Below, piece by piece: positions 49,526-59,796 of a stretch of 64,000 nt of DNA. Source of the DNA: Thermoplasmata archaeon (GTDB lineage: Archaea; Thermoplasmatota; Thermoplasmata; UBA10834); assembly GCA_041554135.1 (NCBI GenBank), contig JBFFML010000002.1, positions 22,212 to 86,211 of the forward strand, in the 5' to 3' direction. Made by a program: the position numbers and the translations under genes. The notes beneath the pieces are model-generated. The model ran no database searches and was not told the origin of the DNA. It was given only the letters and a program-made list of their open reading frames with translations. The first letter of the stretch is position 1; each line of letters begins with the position of its first letter.

Positions 49526-50916
49526 ACAGCACCATCTTTGGTGTCTTGCACATCGATGCCGACCGCCGCGAGCCCGTCCCTTATACGGTCCGCCTGCTCG
49601 AAATCCTTGCGGCTCCGTGCCTCGTCTCGTACCTTCAAGAGCATCTCGACGAGAGCCGGGGCAAGCTCTGACGATCCCTCCTTTGCGGAGCGCTCCTCGG
49701 TCAGCACCTCGAAAAGGGCATTGAATCGCGAGAAGACCTCCACGATGTTCTTGGTCCCTTTGGCGCTGAGCCGCCCCTCCCCCTTGCGTCGGTTGGCTTC
49801 ACGCGCGAGGTCGTAGATCGCGGCTATCGCCTCGCGAGAGCTGAAATCGTCGTCCATCCGCTCCTCGAATGTCTTCAGGGTGTCTCGGCAAAGGTCTTCG
49901 GCATCGTCATCGCCTTTCGCCTTGTCCATGTGTGAGCGCATCTCGTCATACGAGTTCTGGAGCTTCTCCAGCGCCTTCGCGGACGCCTCCAATGCCCCCT
50001 CAGAGTAATCGAGCGGTTGTCTGTAGCTAGCGTTCAGCACGTAGAACCTCACGGTCTCCGGAGAATGCCTCTTCAGAACTTCCTCTATCAGGAAGAAGTT
50101 CTTCTGGGACTTCGACATCTTCTCGTCCTCGATCGTGAGCATGCCGTTGTGCATCCAGTACTTCGCAAATGGCGCTCCGTTGTACGCCTCGGATTGCAGT
50201 ATCTCGTTCTCGTGATGGGGAAATATGAGGTCCGTGCCACCGCCGTGTATGTCTATGGTCTTGCCCAAGTGCTTCAGGCACATCGCGGAGCATTCGATGT
50301 GCCAGCCAGGCCGACCCTTCCCCCAAGGGCAGTCCCACGACACCTCCCCCGGCTTCGCCGCCTTCCACAGGGCGAAGTCCGACGGGTCTCGCTTGTCCTC
50401 ACTGGGGTCGATCCTCGCGCCGGCCACGGTCTGGTCCAGTGTCTGGCGCGACAGCTTGCCGTACTCTCTCGCTTTGCGCACGCTGAAGTACACGGAGCCG
50501 TTCGACTCGTATGCGAAACCTTTGTCGACCAGTCCCTTGACCATCTCGATTATGTCGTCTATCGTCTCGCTAGCCTTCGGGTAGACGTCTGCCCTGGCCA
50601 CCTTGAGCGCGTCCATGTTGCGGAAGTAGTCCTCTATGACGCTCTTTGACAGCTCAAGAGGGTCGACGCCCAGCTCGTTGGCCCTGGCGATCAGCTTGTC
50701 GTCGACGTCGGTGAAGTTCGTGACATGCTTGACCTCGTAGCCCTTACTCCTGATGTACCTCACTATGAGGTCGAAGTTGATGGCGGATCTCGCATGGCCG
50801 AGATGGCTCTTGTCGTAGGCCGTGACCCCGCACACGTAGATGCCCACCTTCCCCTGTTCCACGGGCTCCAAAGGCTCTTTCCTGCGGGTCAAGGTGTTGT
50901 ACAGAACCAATGGCAT
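49510..50916 (-). CDS. cysS: Cysteinyl-tRNA synthetase
   Basis: YVCGVT, HLGH, GRPGWHIECSAM, FPHHENE, KMSKS. Confidence 0.97.
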   Translation of the reverse strand: MPLVLYNTLTRRKEPLEPVEQGKVGIYVCGVTAYDKSHLGHARSAINFDLIVRYIRSKGYEVKHVTNFTDVDDKLIARANELGVDPLELSKSVIEDYFRNMDALKVARADVYPKASETIDDIIEMVKGLVDKGFAYESNGSVYFSVRKAREYGKLSRQTLDQTVAGARIDPSEDKRDPSDFALWKAAKPGEVSWDCPWGKGRPGWHIECSAMCLKHLGKTIDIHGGGTDLIFPHHENEILQSEAYNGAPFAKYWMHNGMLTIEDEKMSKSQKNFFLIEEVLKRHSPETVRFYVLNASYRQPLDYSEGALEASAKALEKLQNSYDEMRSHMDKAKGDDDAEDLCRDTLKTFEERMDDDFSSREAIAAIYDLAREANRRKGEGRLSAKGTKNIVEVFSRFNALFEVLTEERSAKEGSSELAPALVEMLLKVRDEARSRKDFEQADRIRDGLAAVGIDVQDTKDGAVWKRR

Positions 50917-50949
50917 CGCAAATCGCGCCTCTTATGCCTGGGATAGCTA

Positions 50950-51675
50950 TTAAGGATTGCTTTCGGCTGGACAAGCGCCCTCGTCGGGACTCTTGTCGCC
51001 ATCGCCCTTTGGCGAAATCCTCTTCGGAGCGTCGATGCCCATTTTTCGCTCAATCATCTCGAGCCTATACTCCATCTCCGAGAGGCTGTGGCAGAGGTCC
51101 ACGAACGCGTTCACGACGGGATCGGGGAGCTCTTCATGGTGGAGGTCGATGCTGGTCGTCCCGACCCTCTTGACGATCTTTGCGGGGATCCCGACGACTG
51201 TTGAGTTGGGGGGTACGGATTTGACGACGACAGAGCCAGCGCCTACGCGGACGTTGTCGCCGATCGTGATGGGTCCGAGGATCGTCGCGCCAGCCCCTAT
51301 CACGACGTTGTTGCCTATAGTTGGATGCCTCTTCTTCTTCTCGGCGCTGACTCCGCCGAGTGTCACGCCCTGATAGATCGACACGTTGTCGCCTATCTCC
51401 GAAGTCTCGCCAATCACCACGCCTGTCGCATGGTCTATGAAGAAGTTGCCGCCGATGTTCGCGCCCGGGTGGATGTCCGCGCCCGTCAGCACGCGCGCCA
51501 TATAGTTCACGGCCCTTGCCGTCTTGAAGCGTCGCTTCTCGTAAAGGCGATGGGCTAGCCTGTGGAACCTGAGCGCGTGAAGCCCCGGGCTGAACAGCGC
51601 GGCCTCAGTCCTGCTCTTCACAGCGGGGTCTCGTTCGATGACCGTCTGGACGTCGTCGCTCACTGGCTTGGGCAT
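50950..51675 (-). CDS. cysE: Serine O-acetyltransferase
   Basis: [29 protein letters not shown] hexapeptide repeats. Confidence 0.95.
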   Translation of the reverse strand: MPKPVSDDVQTVIERDPAVKSRTEAALFSPGLHALRFHRLAHRLYEKRRFKTARAVNYMARVLTGADIHPGANIGGNFFIDHATGVVIGETSEIGDNVSIYQGVTLGGVSAEKKKRHPTIGNNVVIGAGATILGPITIGDNVRVGAGSVVVKSVPPNSTVVGIPAKIVKRVGTTSIDLHHEELPDPVVNAFVDLCHSLSEMEYRLEMIERKMGIDAPKRISPKGDGDKSPDEGACPAESNP

Positions 51676-51679
51676 GGGA

Positions 51680-52606
51680 TTACTCCCCAAAAAGGTCAGT
51701 GCTCAAATACCTTTCCCCAGTGTCTGGCAGTATGACGAGCACGGATTTGCCTGGCCCAATTTCGCTCGCAGTTTCCACCGCGGCATGGGCGGCCGCGCCA
51801 GAGGAGATGCCGACCAGCAACCCTTCCATCTTGGCCAGCTCGCGAGTCATCCGCTTTGCGTCTCCCAGGCTCACCTTCACGATCGTGTCGATTACAGAGG
51901 TATCCAGCACCTCGGGGACGAACCCAGCGCCGATGCCGTGTATTTCGTGCTTTCCGGGTGCCCCTCCTGACAGTACCGGCGAGTCGGCCGGCTCCACAGC
52001 GACCACCCTTACGCTCGGGTACTTCTCCTTGAGTACACGACCCACGCCCATTATCGTCCCACCTGTGCCGACACCGGCGACGAAGGCGTCAAGCGATTCG
52101 AAGACATCGCATATTTCCATCGCCGTCGTCCGTGCGTGCGTCTCCGGGTTTGCGGGGTTGGCGAACTGCCTGAGCATCACGGCGTCCTTCGTAGACTTCG
52201 CCAGCTCCTCGGCCTTATCGATTGCCCTCTTCATCCCTCCCTCGCCTGGGGTGAGGACGACCTCTGCGCCGAATGCCGCAAGAAGCTTCCTTCGCTCAAC
52301 CGTCATGGTGTCTGGCATGGTGAGAATCAGCCTGTAACCCTTCACGGCGCACACCATGGCAAGGCCGATGCCCGTGTTGCCCGATGTCGGCTCCACGATT
52401 GTCGTGCCCTCGCCTATCAGGCCGCGTCTCTCGGCGTCCTCCAACATCCCCTTGGCTATCCTGTCTTTTACCGATCCCATCGGGTTGAACGACTCGACTT
52501 TGGCATGGACGTTGGCCGCGTCCTCAGGGACGACCCTGTTCAATCGGACGATCGGCGTGCGGCCGATAGCTTCGAGGACGCTGTTGGCTATCGCACTAGA
52601 CCTCAT
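51680..52606 (-). CDS. cysK: Cysteine synthase
   Basis: [34 protein letters not shown]. Confidence 0.96.
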   Translation of the reverse strand: MRSSAIANSVLEAIGRTPIVRLNRVVPEDAANVHAKVESFNPMGSVKDRIAKGMLEDAERRGLIGEGTTIVEPTSGNTGIGLAMVCAVKGYRLILTMPDTMTVERRKLLAAFGAEVVLTPGEGGMKRAIDKAEELAKSTKDAVMLRQFANPANPETHARTTAMEICDVFESLDAFVAGVGTGGTIMGVGRVLKEKYPSVRVVAVEPADSPVLSGGAPGKHEIHGIGAGFVPEVLDTSVIDTIVKVSLGDAKRMTRELAKMEGLLVGISSGAAAHAAVETASEIGPGKSVLVILPDTGERYLSTDLFGE

Positions 52607-52703
52607 CGGCAGACCCGTGCAGTGCATCGGCTAGTCGTTATATATCTTAGTTGGCCGGACGGCGACCGGGACAGGTGCTGAGATGCGCCTTGTGTCCCAC
52701 GCA

Positions 52704-53072
52704 TCACTTGCCGCAGATGTTGCACCCTTGCACGTGCGACGCCACTTCGTGCAACCTGCAGAATTCGTCCCCTTCCCGGATGTCTTTGCACGCGGCACAG
52801 AGGACGCTGTACCATTGCTGCCTGTCCTCTCCTGCCATGATCCGTTCGGATATCTCCTCTGCGTACGTCAGTATCTTGGGGAACTTCTCCAGCATCTCCC
52901 CGTTTCCAGCCCGTGCAGAGCTCAGGTACTGGCTCACGGAAGCTTGCGTTATTCCCATCCTCTTCGCAATCTCAGACTGTTTCAGGCCGTGTCGTCTCGA
53001 AAGATCCTTGACGACGGAGGCCCTCAGAGAGGGTAGGATCTTCCCGACCACTAGTTCGCATGGCGTTTTCAT
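52704..53072 (-). CDS. HTH transcriptional regulator with Cys-rich C-terminus
   Basis: PCE......LP.LRA, Q.EIA..MGITQASVSQYL, CAAC...C.LH...CNIC. Confidence 0.82.
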   Translation of the reverse strand: MKTPCELVVGKILPSLRASVVKDLSRRHGLKQSEIAKRMGITQASVSQYLSSARAGNGEMLEKFPKILTYAEEISERIMAGEDRQQWYSVLCAACKDIREGDEFCRLHEVASHVQGCNICGK

Positions 53073-53184
53073 ATGGCACACCCGGTTGAAAGTTGTTCAC
53101 AGGCGACCCAAAGTGATTTTGTGATGCCCGCTGCGGTGATGAATGGGGCCATCGTCTATAAACCTTTCAATCGAATGCGAAGTC

Positions 53185-53258
53185 TGGGGCCGGGAAGGAG
53201 ATTTGAACTCCTGTTTGCGGATCTGCAGTCCGCCACATGGCCTCTCTGTCACCCCGGC
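53185..53258 (-). tRNA. tRNA-Cys(GCA)
   Basis: Acceptor GCCGGGG/TCCCGGC, anticodon arm GCGGA-CTGCAGA-TCCGC, T arm AGGAG-TTCAAAT-CTCCT, encoded CCA. Confidence 0.95.
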
Positions 53259-53395
53259 ATGTGCACGCATCAATCAACAACTCCATATTTATTGTTTTCA
53301 GGACCCGCGCTGGCCCTATCCGCTGTCCGACGGTCGCCAGACCTTTCTCAGGTGTCGAGAACAAGCTATATATCCAGCGATTGATAGCACAGCCC

Positions 53396-54604
53396 GTGAA
53401 TTCGCAGGGTTTGTGCCAATACAACGAGGGCGAGAAGCCGTCGCTCCCCGATAGGATCGTCGTCTACGACAGCACGCTTAGAGACGGGGAGCAGATGCCT
53501 GGGGTTCATTTCAGCCAGGAGCAGAAGGTGGCTATCGCCTCCAAGCTCGACGAAGTCGGCGTCCATCAGATCGAGGCGGGATTCCCGGCTGTGTCGCCGG
53601 GCGAGCTCGACTCGGTCAAGGCGATATCCCGGCTGGGTCTCGATGCGGACATACTGTGTTTGGCGAGAACTCTGGACGACGACATCGATGCCGCTTTGGC
53701 TTGCGATGTCGACATGGTCTTGTTGTTCATAGCGACGAGTGAGCTGCACATGCGGTACAAGCTGAAGACGTCCCCCGAGGCCGTCATCGAACGTGCCGTC
53801 CACGCAACCGAGTACGCCCAATCGCATGGACTCAGCGTCAGTATGAGCACAGAGGACAGCACGAGATCCGACATGGCTCTGATGCTCGAGATATATAGGA
53901 GATGCGAAGACGCCGGAGCATCAAGGATCGGGATAACTGACACCCTAGGCTGTGCGTCGCCGTGGGCGATTGCTCGTATCGTATCAGAGGTTCGTGCGCA
54001 TACGAAGCTCCCGATTTCAGCTCACCTGCACAATGACTTTGGCCTCGCGCTGCCTAATGCGCTGACCGCATTGGCCTCCGGAGCCGGGGCAATAGCCACG
54101 ACCGTCGGCGGCGTCGGAGAGAGGGCAGGCAACGTGCCGTTGGAACAGTTGGTCATGGCCCTCAAGACCCTCTACGGCAAGGACATTGGCGTATCGACCG
54201 AAGGCCTCACGGAGCTTGGGCGGTTGGTGTTCGCCTGCGCGGGCGTGGCCATGCCGCCAAGCCAGCCTTGGATAGGCTCCAACGCCTTTTCTCACGAGTC
54301 AGGCATACACGTCGCCGCGGTCATCAACTGCCCATTGACCTACGAGTGCGTCCCACCCGAGGTAGTCGGCAATCGCCGTCGGCTCGTGCTCGGGAAGCAT
54401 TCGGGCACGGCGATAGTCAGGAGCCGTCTCCAGGAGCGTGGCGTGATGCCGTCGCAGGAGCGGATATGTGACATCGTGCGGGAGATAAAACGACTCGGGG
54501 AGCGACAGGGAAGAGTGTCCGACGAGCAGTTCTGGGACATAGTCGAGGCGGTCCTCTCGCAATCGGATTGCGAGAGACCGCGCGAGGAGGACGCGCGGGA
54601 CTAG
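53396..54604 (+). CDS. Homocitrate synthase / isopropylmalate synthase family protein (no regulatory domain)
   Basis: DSTLRDGEQ, HLHNDFGLA, GERAGN, HESGIH, LGKHSG; start approximate. Confidence 0.88.
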   Translation: MNSQGLCQYNEGEKPSLPDRIVVYDSTLRDGEQMPGVHFSQEQKVAIASKLDEVGVHQIEAGFPAVSPGELDSVKAISRLGLDADILCLARTLDDDIDAALACDVDMVLLFIATSELHMRYKLKTSPEAVIERAVHATEYAQSHGLSVSMSTEDSTRSDMALMLEIYRRCEDAGASRIGITDTLGCASPWAIARIVSEVRAHTKLPISAHLHNDFGLALPNALTALASGAGAIATTVGGVGERAGNVPLEQLVMALKTLYGKDIGVSTEGLTELGRLVFACAGVAMPPSQPWIGSNAFSHESGIHVAAVINCPLTYECVPPEVVGNRRRLVLGKHSGTAIVRSRLQERGVMPSQERICDIVREIKRLGERQGRVSDEQFWDIVEAVLSQSDCERPREEDARD

Positions 54605-54636
54605 GCGTCTCTGGCTCCGTGTATGCAGTCTTCTCG

Positions 54637-55422
54637 TCACTCGACCGGTACGCGACCGCCAGACCGGCTCAACTTCGTCCTGCCCAGGTCGGCGAAGGAC
54701 GCCAGCTCGTCGCCAGAGAACACGGGTCCATCCTTGCACACATGTCTTCCATCGATCGCGCACGAGTCGCAGATGCCTATCCCGCACTTCATGTACCTTT
54801 CTATCGACGCCTCGAGGGGTACGCCGCCTTTCCTTGCGATGTCGACCACCTTCGTCAGCATCTTCTCTGGCCCGCATGCAAAGACATGGTCGAATCGGCC
54901 ATCGCCGATGAGCCGCTCCGCGGCCTCCGTCGCAAGGCCCTTGGCTCCCGCGCTACCATCGTCGGTGACGATGTGTACCTTGGCTCCCGTCCTCTCAGCT
55001 CTTGAGGCCATCAGCAGCTCGGAGGCGGTCCTCGCGCCGACGACGACCTCGACAGAGCTTCCCCCGGCCGCGCGAGCCTCGACGAGGGGTGCGAGACAGG
55101 CCATGCCCGTTCCCCCGGCCACGACGAGCGGGCGCTCGCACTTGGCACCGAAGCCTCTGCCGTAGGGTCCGCGCACTCCGACCTTGTCCCCGACCTCGAA
55201 CGACGAAAGGCGCTTCGTGCCATTGCCCACAATCTTGTAAGTCACGCCGAACCTGTCGCCAGTGTAGGATACGGACATCGGCAGCTCGTCCTCGCCTGGG
55301 ACCCAAATCATGACGAATTGTCCTGGCTGCGCGTCGATCCTGCCGTCGAGCCGTACCGTCCTGCAGGCAGCGTTCTCTTCGACATGCTCGACTATCCGGA
55401 ATATCTCAGGCCCGGTCGTCAT
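54637..55422 (-). CDS. pyrK: Dihydroorotate dehydrogenase electron transfer subunit
   Basis: PGQFVMIW, RGPYGRGF, CGPE.M, MKCGIGICDSC...VCKDGPVF. Confidence 0.95.
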   Translation of the reverse strand: MTTGPEIFRIVEHVEENAACRTVRLDGRIDAQPGQFVMIWVPGEDELPMSVSYTGDRFGVTYKIVGNGTKRLSSFEVGDKVGVRGPYGRGFGAKCERPLVVAGGTGMACLAPLVEARAAGGSSVEVVVGARTASELLMASRAERTGAKVHIVTDDGSAGAKGLATEAAERLIGDGRFDHVFACGPEKMLTKVVDIARKGGVPLEASIERYMKCGIGICDSCAIDGRHVCKDGPVFSGDELASFADLGRTKLSRSGGRVPVE

Positions 55423-56323
55423 GCGCGATCCCCACCATTGCCGCCACCGAATCGTAGCCGTTCTCCCTCATGAAAGTGTCCAATCCGCGGCAAACCTCAG
55501 CGAACACGGCGACGCCTCGCGTCCTGATCGCCGTGCCTATCTGTACGGCCTTGGCACCCGCCATTATGTATTCCAGCGCGTCCCTCGCCGTCGATACGCC
55601 ACCGACGCCTATCACCGGGATCTCCACCGCGTCCGATATCTCGTACACCGCTCTGACACCCACCGTCCTTATCGCCGGGCCAGAGAGCCCCCCGATGCGG
55701 TTAGACAGCACGGGCCTCGCGAGTTCCGGGCATATCGTCATCCCCTTGAGCGTGTTTATCGCGACGACGCCGTCTGCGCCTCCTTCCTCGGCCGCCTTCG
55801 CTAGCGAAGCTATCGAGGCGGTGTTCGGCGTGAGCTTGGCGAAGACGGGTAACGACACGCTGTCCTTGGCTGCGGAGCATATCTCCGCGACCCTCTCAGG
55901 GGTCGAGCCGATTTCCGCTCCATACCCCTCCGCGTGTGGGCAGCTCAGGTTCAGCTCGATCGCGTCCGCGCCGGCCGTCGCCATCGCGCTGCAGACCCGA
56001 GCTATCTCACCCGCGTTCGTACCGATGACACTCGCGATCACCGGCACGCCGCCCTTGCATGCCACGACCAGCTCCGGCGCGTAAGCATCGACGCCGGGGT
56101 TCGGCAACCCCATCGCGTTCAGGAGACCACACTCGACCTCCACGACGCACGGGTTGCCATGGCCGTCCCTCTCCTCCGCGCCTATCGACTTCGTGACCAC
56201 TGCGCCTGCTCCCGCTCTGGCCACTTCAAGCATGCTCTTGCCAGTCTCGTTCAGAATACCGGAGGCCAATATCGTCGGGTTCCTAAGCCGCAACCCAGCA
56301 ATGTCGACTGCCAGCTCGGTCAT
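55406..56323 (-). CDS. pyrD: Dihydroorotate dehydrogenase catalytic subunit (class 1B)
   Basis: NAMGLPNPG, ELNLSCPH, KLTPN, GGLSGPAI. Confidence 0.96.
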   Translation of the reverse strand: MTELAVDIAGLRLRNPTILASGILNETGKSMLEVARAGAGAVVTKSIGAEERDGHGNPCVVEVECGLLNAMGLPNPGVDAYAPELVVACKGGVPVIASVIGTNAGEIARVCSAMATAGADAIELNLSCPHAEGYGAEIGSTPERVAEICSAAKDSVSLPVFAKLTPNTASIASLAKAAEEGGADGVVAINTLKGMTICPELARPVLSNRIGGLSGPAIRTVGVRAVYEISDAVEIPVIGVGGVSTARDALEYIMAGAKAVQIGTAIRTRGVAVFAEVCRGLDTFMRENGYDSVAAMVGIAHDDRA

Positions 56324-56399
56324 CTGCCTCCGAGCTTGATTGGCCCAGCGCCTACAATAACCTTTCTCGGCTCAGACCACACGCAGGGCCGACCCGGCC

Positions 56400-56771
56400 C
56401 TATCCCTTGCGCTTCGCCTCGTAGTCTTTGATGGCTTCCCTAAGCGCGTCCGCAGCCAGGTTGGAGCAATGCATCTTGGCAGGGGGAAGGCCGTCCAAGG
56501 ATTCGGCGACATCACCGCGCGATATCTTCTTCGCCTCCTCCAGCGTCTTGCCCTTCGCGATCTCCGTGATCATCGAGCTCGTGGCGATCGCCGCTCCGCA
56601 GCCAAATGTCTTGAACTTGATGTCCGTGATGATGTCGTTGTCCACCTTGATGTAAAGCCACATGACGTCCCCGCACTGTGGGTTGCCGACCTTCCCGATG
56701 CCGTCGGCGTCCTCGATCTCCCCGACGTTCCTCGGGTTGGTGAAGTGGTCCATCACCTTATCGCTGTACAC
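56400..56771 (-). CDS. iscU: Fe-S scaffold protein IscU/NifU-N
   Basis: YSDKVMDHF.NPRNVG, CGD, FGCGAAIA, LPP.KMHCS. Confidence 0.95.
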   Translation of the reverse strand: MYSDKVMDHFTNPRNVGEIEDADGIGKVGNPQCGDVMWLYIKVDNDIITDIKFKTFGCGAAIATSSMITEIAKGKTLEEAKKISRGDVAESLDGLPPAKMHCSNLAADALREAIKDYEAKRKG

Positions 56772-57975
56772 AAGCCTCACCCTCCTCGATCCCAAGAGGT
56801 CTGTCGCCCTTGAACGGAGATATGTCCCTGAGCTTGGACACGACCCCAGGCAACACCTCTATGAAATAGCCTGCCTCCTCATGATTGTTTTCCCGTCCCA
56901 AGGTCACCCGCAGGCTTCCGCGGGCCTGTTCGTGCTTGAGCCCCATCGCCAGTAGCACATGCGACGGCTCCAGAGAGCCAGTGGAGCACGCCGACCCGGT
57001 GGATGTGGCGATGCCAAGCGTGTCGAGCCCGAGTATCAGCCCCTCCCCCTCTATGAAGTCGAACCTGAAATGCGCGTTCCCCGCCAGCCTCTTCTCGGGA
57101 TGGCCGTTCAGATATGAATTCGGGACCGTCGCGAGCACCTCCTTCACGATCCTGTCCCTCAGCCCGCACATGTGCTCGGATACCGCGTCCATGTCCTCTC
57201 CAGCTATCTCGGCGGCCTTGCCGAAACCGACGATCCCGGGGACGTTCTCGGTCGACGATCTCAGGCCCCGTTCATGTCCTCCGCCGTGGAGTATGGGCTC
57301 GATGTCCGTGCCATCCCTCACGTAGAGCGCACCCACGCCCTTTGGTCCGTGCAGCTTGTGGGACGATATCGAAAGCATGTCCACGCCAAGCCCCTTCACG
57401 TCTATTGGTATCTTCCCCGCGGCCTGTACGGCGTCGGTGTGGAATAGGACATCGGCTTCCTCCGCGATCCTGCCGATCTCGCCTATCGGTTGGATCGTCC
57501 CCACCTCGCTGTTGGCCATCATTATGCTTATCAGGAAAGTGTCGTCCCTTATTACGTCCCTCACGGTCTCGGGGTCTATCAGCGCGTCTTTCGACACGGG
57601 CACCTCCGTGACATCGAAACCGAGGCTCTTCAGATAGGCGCAGGGTTCTAGCACGGCCGGGTGCTCGATCCGGCTAGTCACGATGTGCCCTCCCCTTCTG
57701 TGGCCGTGCAGGGCGGCACCCTTCACCGCGAGGTTGTCCGACTCCGTGCCTCCTGAAGTGAACACGATCTCCGACGGATCGGCGTTGATCAGGCGTGCCA
57801 GTCGTTCCCTGCCTTCCTCCAAGGCCCTCCTCGCCTCTCTGCCGTAAGAGTGGATGCTGGAGGCGTTCCCGCATCTCTCCGAGAAGTAAGGGGACATGGC
57901 TTCGATCACCTCGGGCAGCATCGGCGCCGTCGCGCTGTGGTCGAAGTATATCCTCTTCCTGGAAGTGGTCGACAT
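56758..57975 (-). CDS. iscS: Cysteine desulfurase (group I)
   Basis: YFDHSAT, FTSGGTESDN, SSHKLHGPKG, STGSACS. Confidence 0.95.
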   Translation of the reverse strand: MSTTSRKRIYFDHSATAPMLPEVIEAMSPYFSERCGNASSIHSYGREARRALEEGRERLARLINADPSEIVFTSGGTESDNLAVKGAALHGHRRGGHIVTSRIEHPAVLEPCAYLKSLGFDVTEVPVSKDALIDPETVRDVIRDDTFLISIMMANSEVGTIQPIGEIGRIAEEADVLFHTDAVQAAGKIPIDVKGLGVDMLSISSHKLHGPKGVGALYVRDGTDIEPILHGGGHERGLRSSTENVPGIVGFGKAAEIAGEDMDAVSEHMCGLRDRIVKEVLATVPNSYLNGHPEKRLAGNAHFRFDFIEGEGLILGLDTLGIATSTGSACSTGSLEPSHVLLAMGLKHEQARGSLRVTLGRENNHEEAGYFIEVLPGVVSKLRDISPFKGDRPLGIEEGEACVQR

Positions 57976-58108
57976 GGCGGTTCAGGGTGATTCCTGCGTG
58001 GCGCTTTAAAGCTTTTCGGAGGCGACCTCCAGACACGAGAAGCGAAACCCCAGTGCGCTGCCCCGTCGAAAAGTGAGAAATAGGCCTGAGGGTTATGGCG
58101 GCACCCCG

Positions 58109-59320
58109 ATGGACGTACGACGGCTGAGGAAGGATTTCCCGCTCTTGGAGGCTGCGGGTGACGCAGGACCGCCAATATACATGGACAGCGCGTGCCAGAC
58201 GCTCAGGCCCAGGAGCGTCATACTGGCGATGAACGAGTACTATGAGTCGTTCCCAGCCTGTGCGGGAAGAAGCGCCCACAAGCTCGCGACCGAGCTTGCG
58301 ATAAGGTGCGACGGCGTCAGGTCAGTGGCCGCGGAGTTCTTCGGCGCGCGGGACCCGTCTGAGATAGCTTTCCTCAAGAACGCGACCGAGGGCCTCAACA
58401 CCGTCATCCTCGGCTCTGGCTTGACGAAGGGCGCCGAGGTCGTGACCACGGATTACGAGCACAACTCGGTGCACGTGCCCCTTCTCCAAGCTGTGGAGTC
58501 GTGTGGAATACGACGCAAGGTCGTGCCGTCGCTGCCTGACGGGACCTTCGACCTGGAATCATTCGAGCAGACGATGAGCTCGAAGGTCGAGCTCGTGGCC
58601 ATGTGCATGACTTCGAATGTCACGGGATACACGCTTCCGGCCAGGGAGGTCGTGGCCATCGCGCACTCCTATGGCGCCAAGGTGCTCTTGGACGCGGCGC
58701 AGACCGCCCCCAGCAGAACGATCGACGTCGCTGCCCTGGACGTCGATTACCTCGTCGCGTGCGCGCACAAGATGCTCGGCCCTTCCGGCGTCGGGATCAT
58801 GTACGCGAAGAAGGAGCTGTCCGAAGCCCTCCAGCCGCGGATGTTCGGCGGCCACGGCGTCGGGCGTGTCGGGAGCGACTCGTTCGACCTGCTACCGCCG
58901 CCTGAGCGCTTCGAGGCCGGGTTGCAGAACTACGCCGGCATTGTCGGCACGGGAGCTGCCCTGGAATATCTGACGACGGTCGGCATGGACGCGATATCCG
59001 AGCACGAGGCCTCGCTGAACCGGCGGCTGACAAGGGCGCTGAGGTCGATCCCGGGCGTCAGCGTCCTGCAACCGAGCGACCCGAACTTGCGCGGCGGCAT
59101 ACTCGGCTTCAACATGGACGGGTTCCTTCCTCACGACGTCGCGGTCATACTCGACCATTCACGGGGAATAATGCTCCGGGCCGGGAAGCACTGTTGCCAC
59201 TCGCTCTTCGAGTCGCGGGGGCTCGACGGCTGCGTGCGCGCCTCGCTCTATGTGTACAACACCGCCGAGGAAGTGCAGGCGCTCGCGTCCGCCGTGGAGG
59301 CCATCGCATCTTCGCTCTGA
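58109..59320 (+). CDS. Cysteine desulfurase-like aminotransferase class V (group II, SufS-like)
   Basis: EHNS, DAAQ, HKMLGPSG, RAGKHC, RASLY.YNT. Confidence 0.88.
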   Translation: MDVRRLRKDFPLLEAAGDAGPPIYMDSACQTLRPRSVILAMNEYYESFPACAGRSAHKLATELAIRCDGVRSVAAEFFGARDPSEIAFLKNATEGLNTVILGSGLTKGAEVVTTDYEHNSVHVPLLQAVESCGIRRKVVPSLPDGTFDLESFEQTMSSKVELVAMCMTSNVTGYTLPAREVVAIAHSYGAKVLLDAAQTAPSRTIDVAALDVDYLVACAHKMLGPSGVGIMYAKKELSEALQPRMFGGHGVGRVGSDSFDLLPPPERFEAGLQNYAGIVGTGAALEYLTTVGMDAISEHEASLNRRLTRALRSIPGVSVLQPSDPNLRGGILGFNMDGFLPHDVAVILDHSRGIMLRAGKHCCHSLFESRGLDGCVRASLYVYNTAEEVQALASAVEAIASSL

Positions 59321-59331
59321 CACCGACTCTG

Positions 59332-59796
59332 TCAGGATACCGAGGCGAACGCCATCAGAGTCGGTGAGGAGTCCACAGAGACCCATTTCGTGGATACGCT
59401 CAGGTTGTCGCCGGAGGTCGCGACGACGCAGCAATGCGCCTGGTCGAGCTGGTAGATGGCGGACGACCTCATCGCCGAGCCGTTCCATTGCCACAGGTGA
59501 AGCGCTGTGATAGGGTGGGCGACCACCACGTCCTCCGTGGACCGCAGTACCAGACTATGCGTCCTGACCTCGAGCCAGATGCGGTCGCCCGCCGACGTTG
59601 CTGTTATCGGGAAATCGAAGCCCGTATCCGCGCCCGTGAGCGTGACGGTGGACACGGCGTCACAGAGTCGCGTCATCATGTCATCCAGCTCCCCATCGCC
59701 CGCTGACATCATACCGCCGATGATGGCTGGCCCGAGAGCAGTGGCGACCATGAGGGCGCAGACGGACATGGCGACCTTGGAGATCACGAAGTCCAG
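59332..59796 (-). CDS. Pilin-like/secreted hypothetical protein
   Basis: N-terminal hydrophobic helix; overlaps upstream pilin-like gene; probable non-ATG start (CTG after GAGGTGA), uncertain. Confidence 0.55.
   Translation of the reverse strand: MDFVISKVAMSVCALMVATALGPAIIGGMMSAGDGELDDMMTRLCDAVSTVTLTGADTGFDFPITATSAGDRIWLEVRTHSLVLRSTEDVVVAHPITALHLWQWNGSAMRSSAIYQLDQAHCCVVATSGDNLSVSTKWVSVDSSPTLMAFASVS

Noticed and set aside
46809-51675. Bacillus-like gltX-cysE-cysS operon with T-box
   Set aside because: gltX is archaeal-type and convergent with cysS/cysE; no T-box motif seen.
53396-57975. nifV/nifS/nifU-like trio suggesting nitrogen fixation
   Set aside because: No nifH/D/K; the genes are interrupted by pyrD-pyrK and have general biosynthetic roles.
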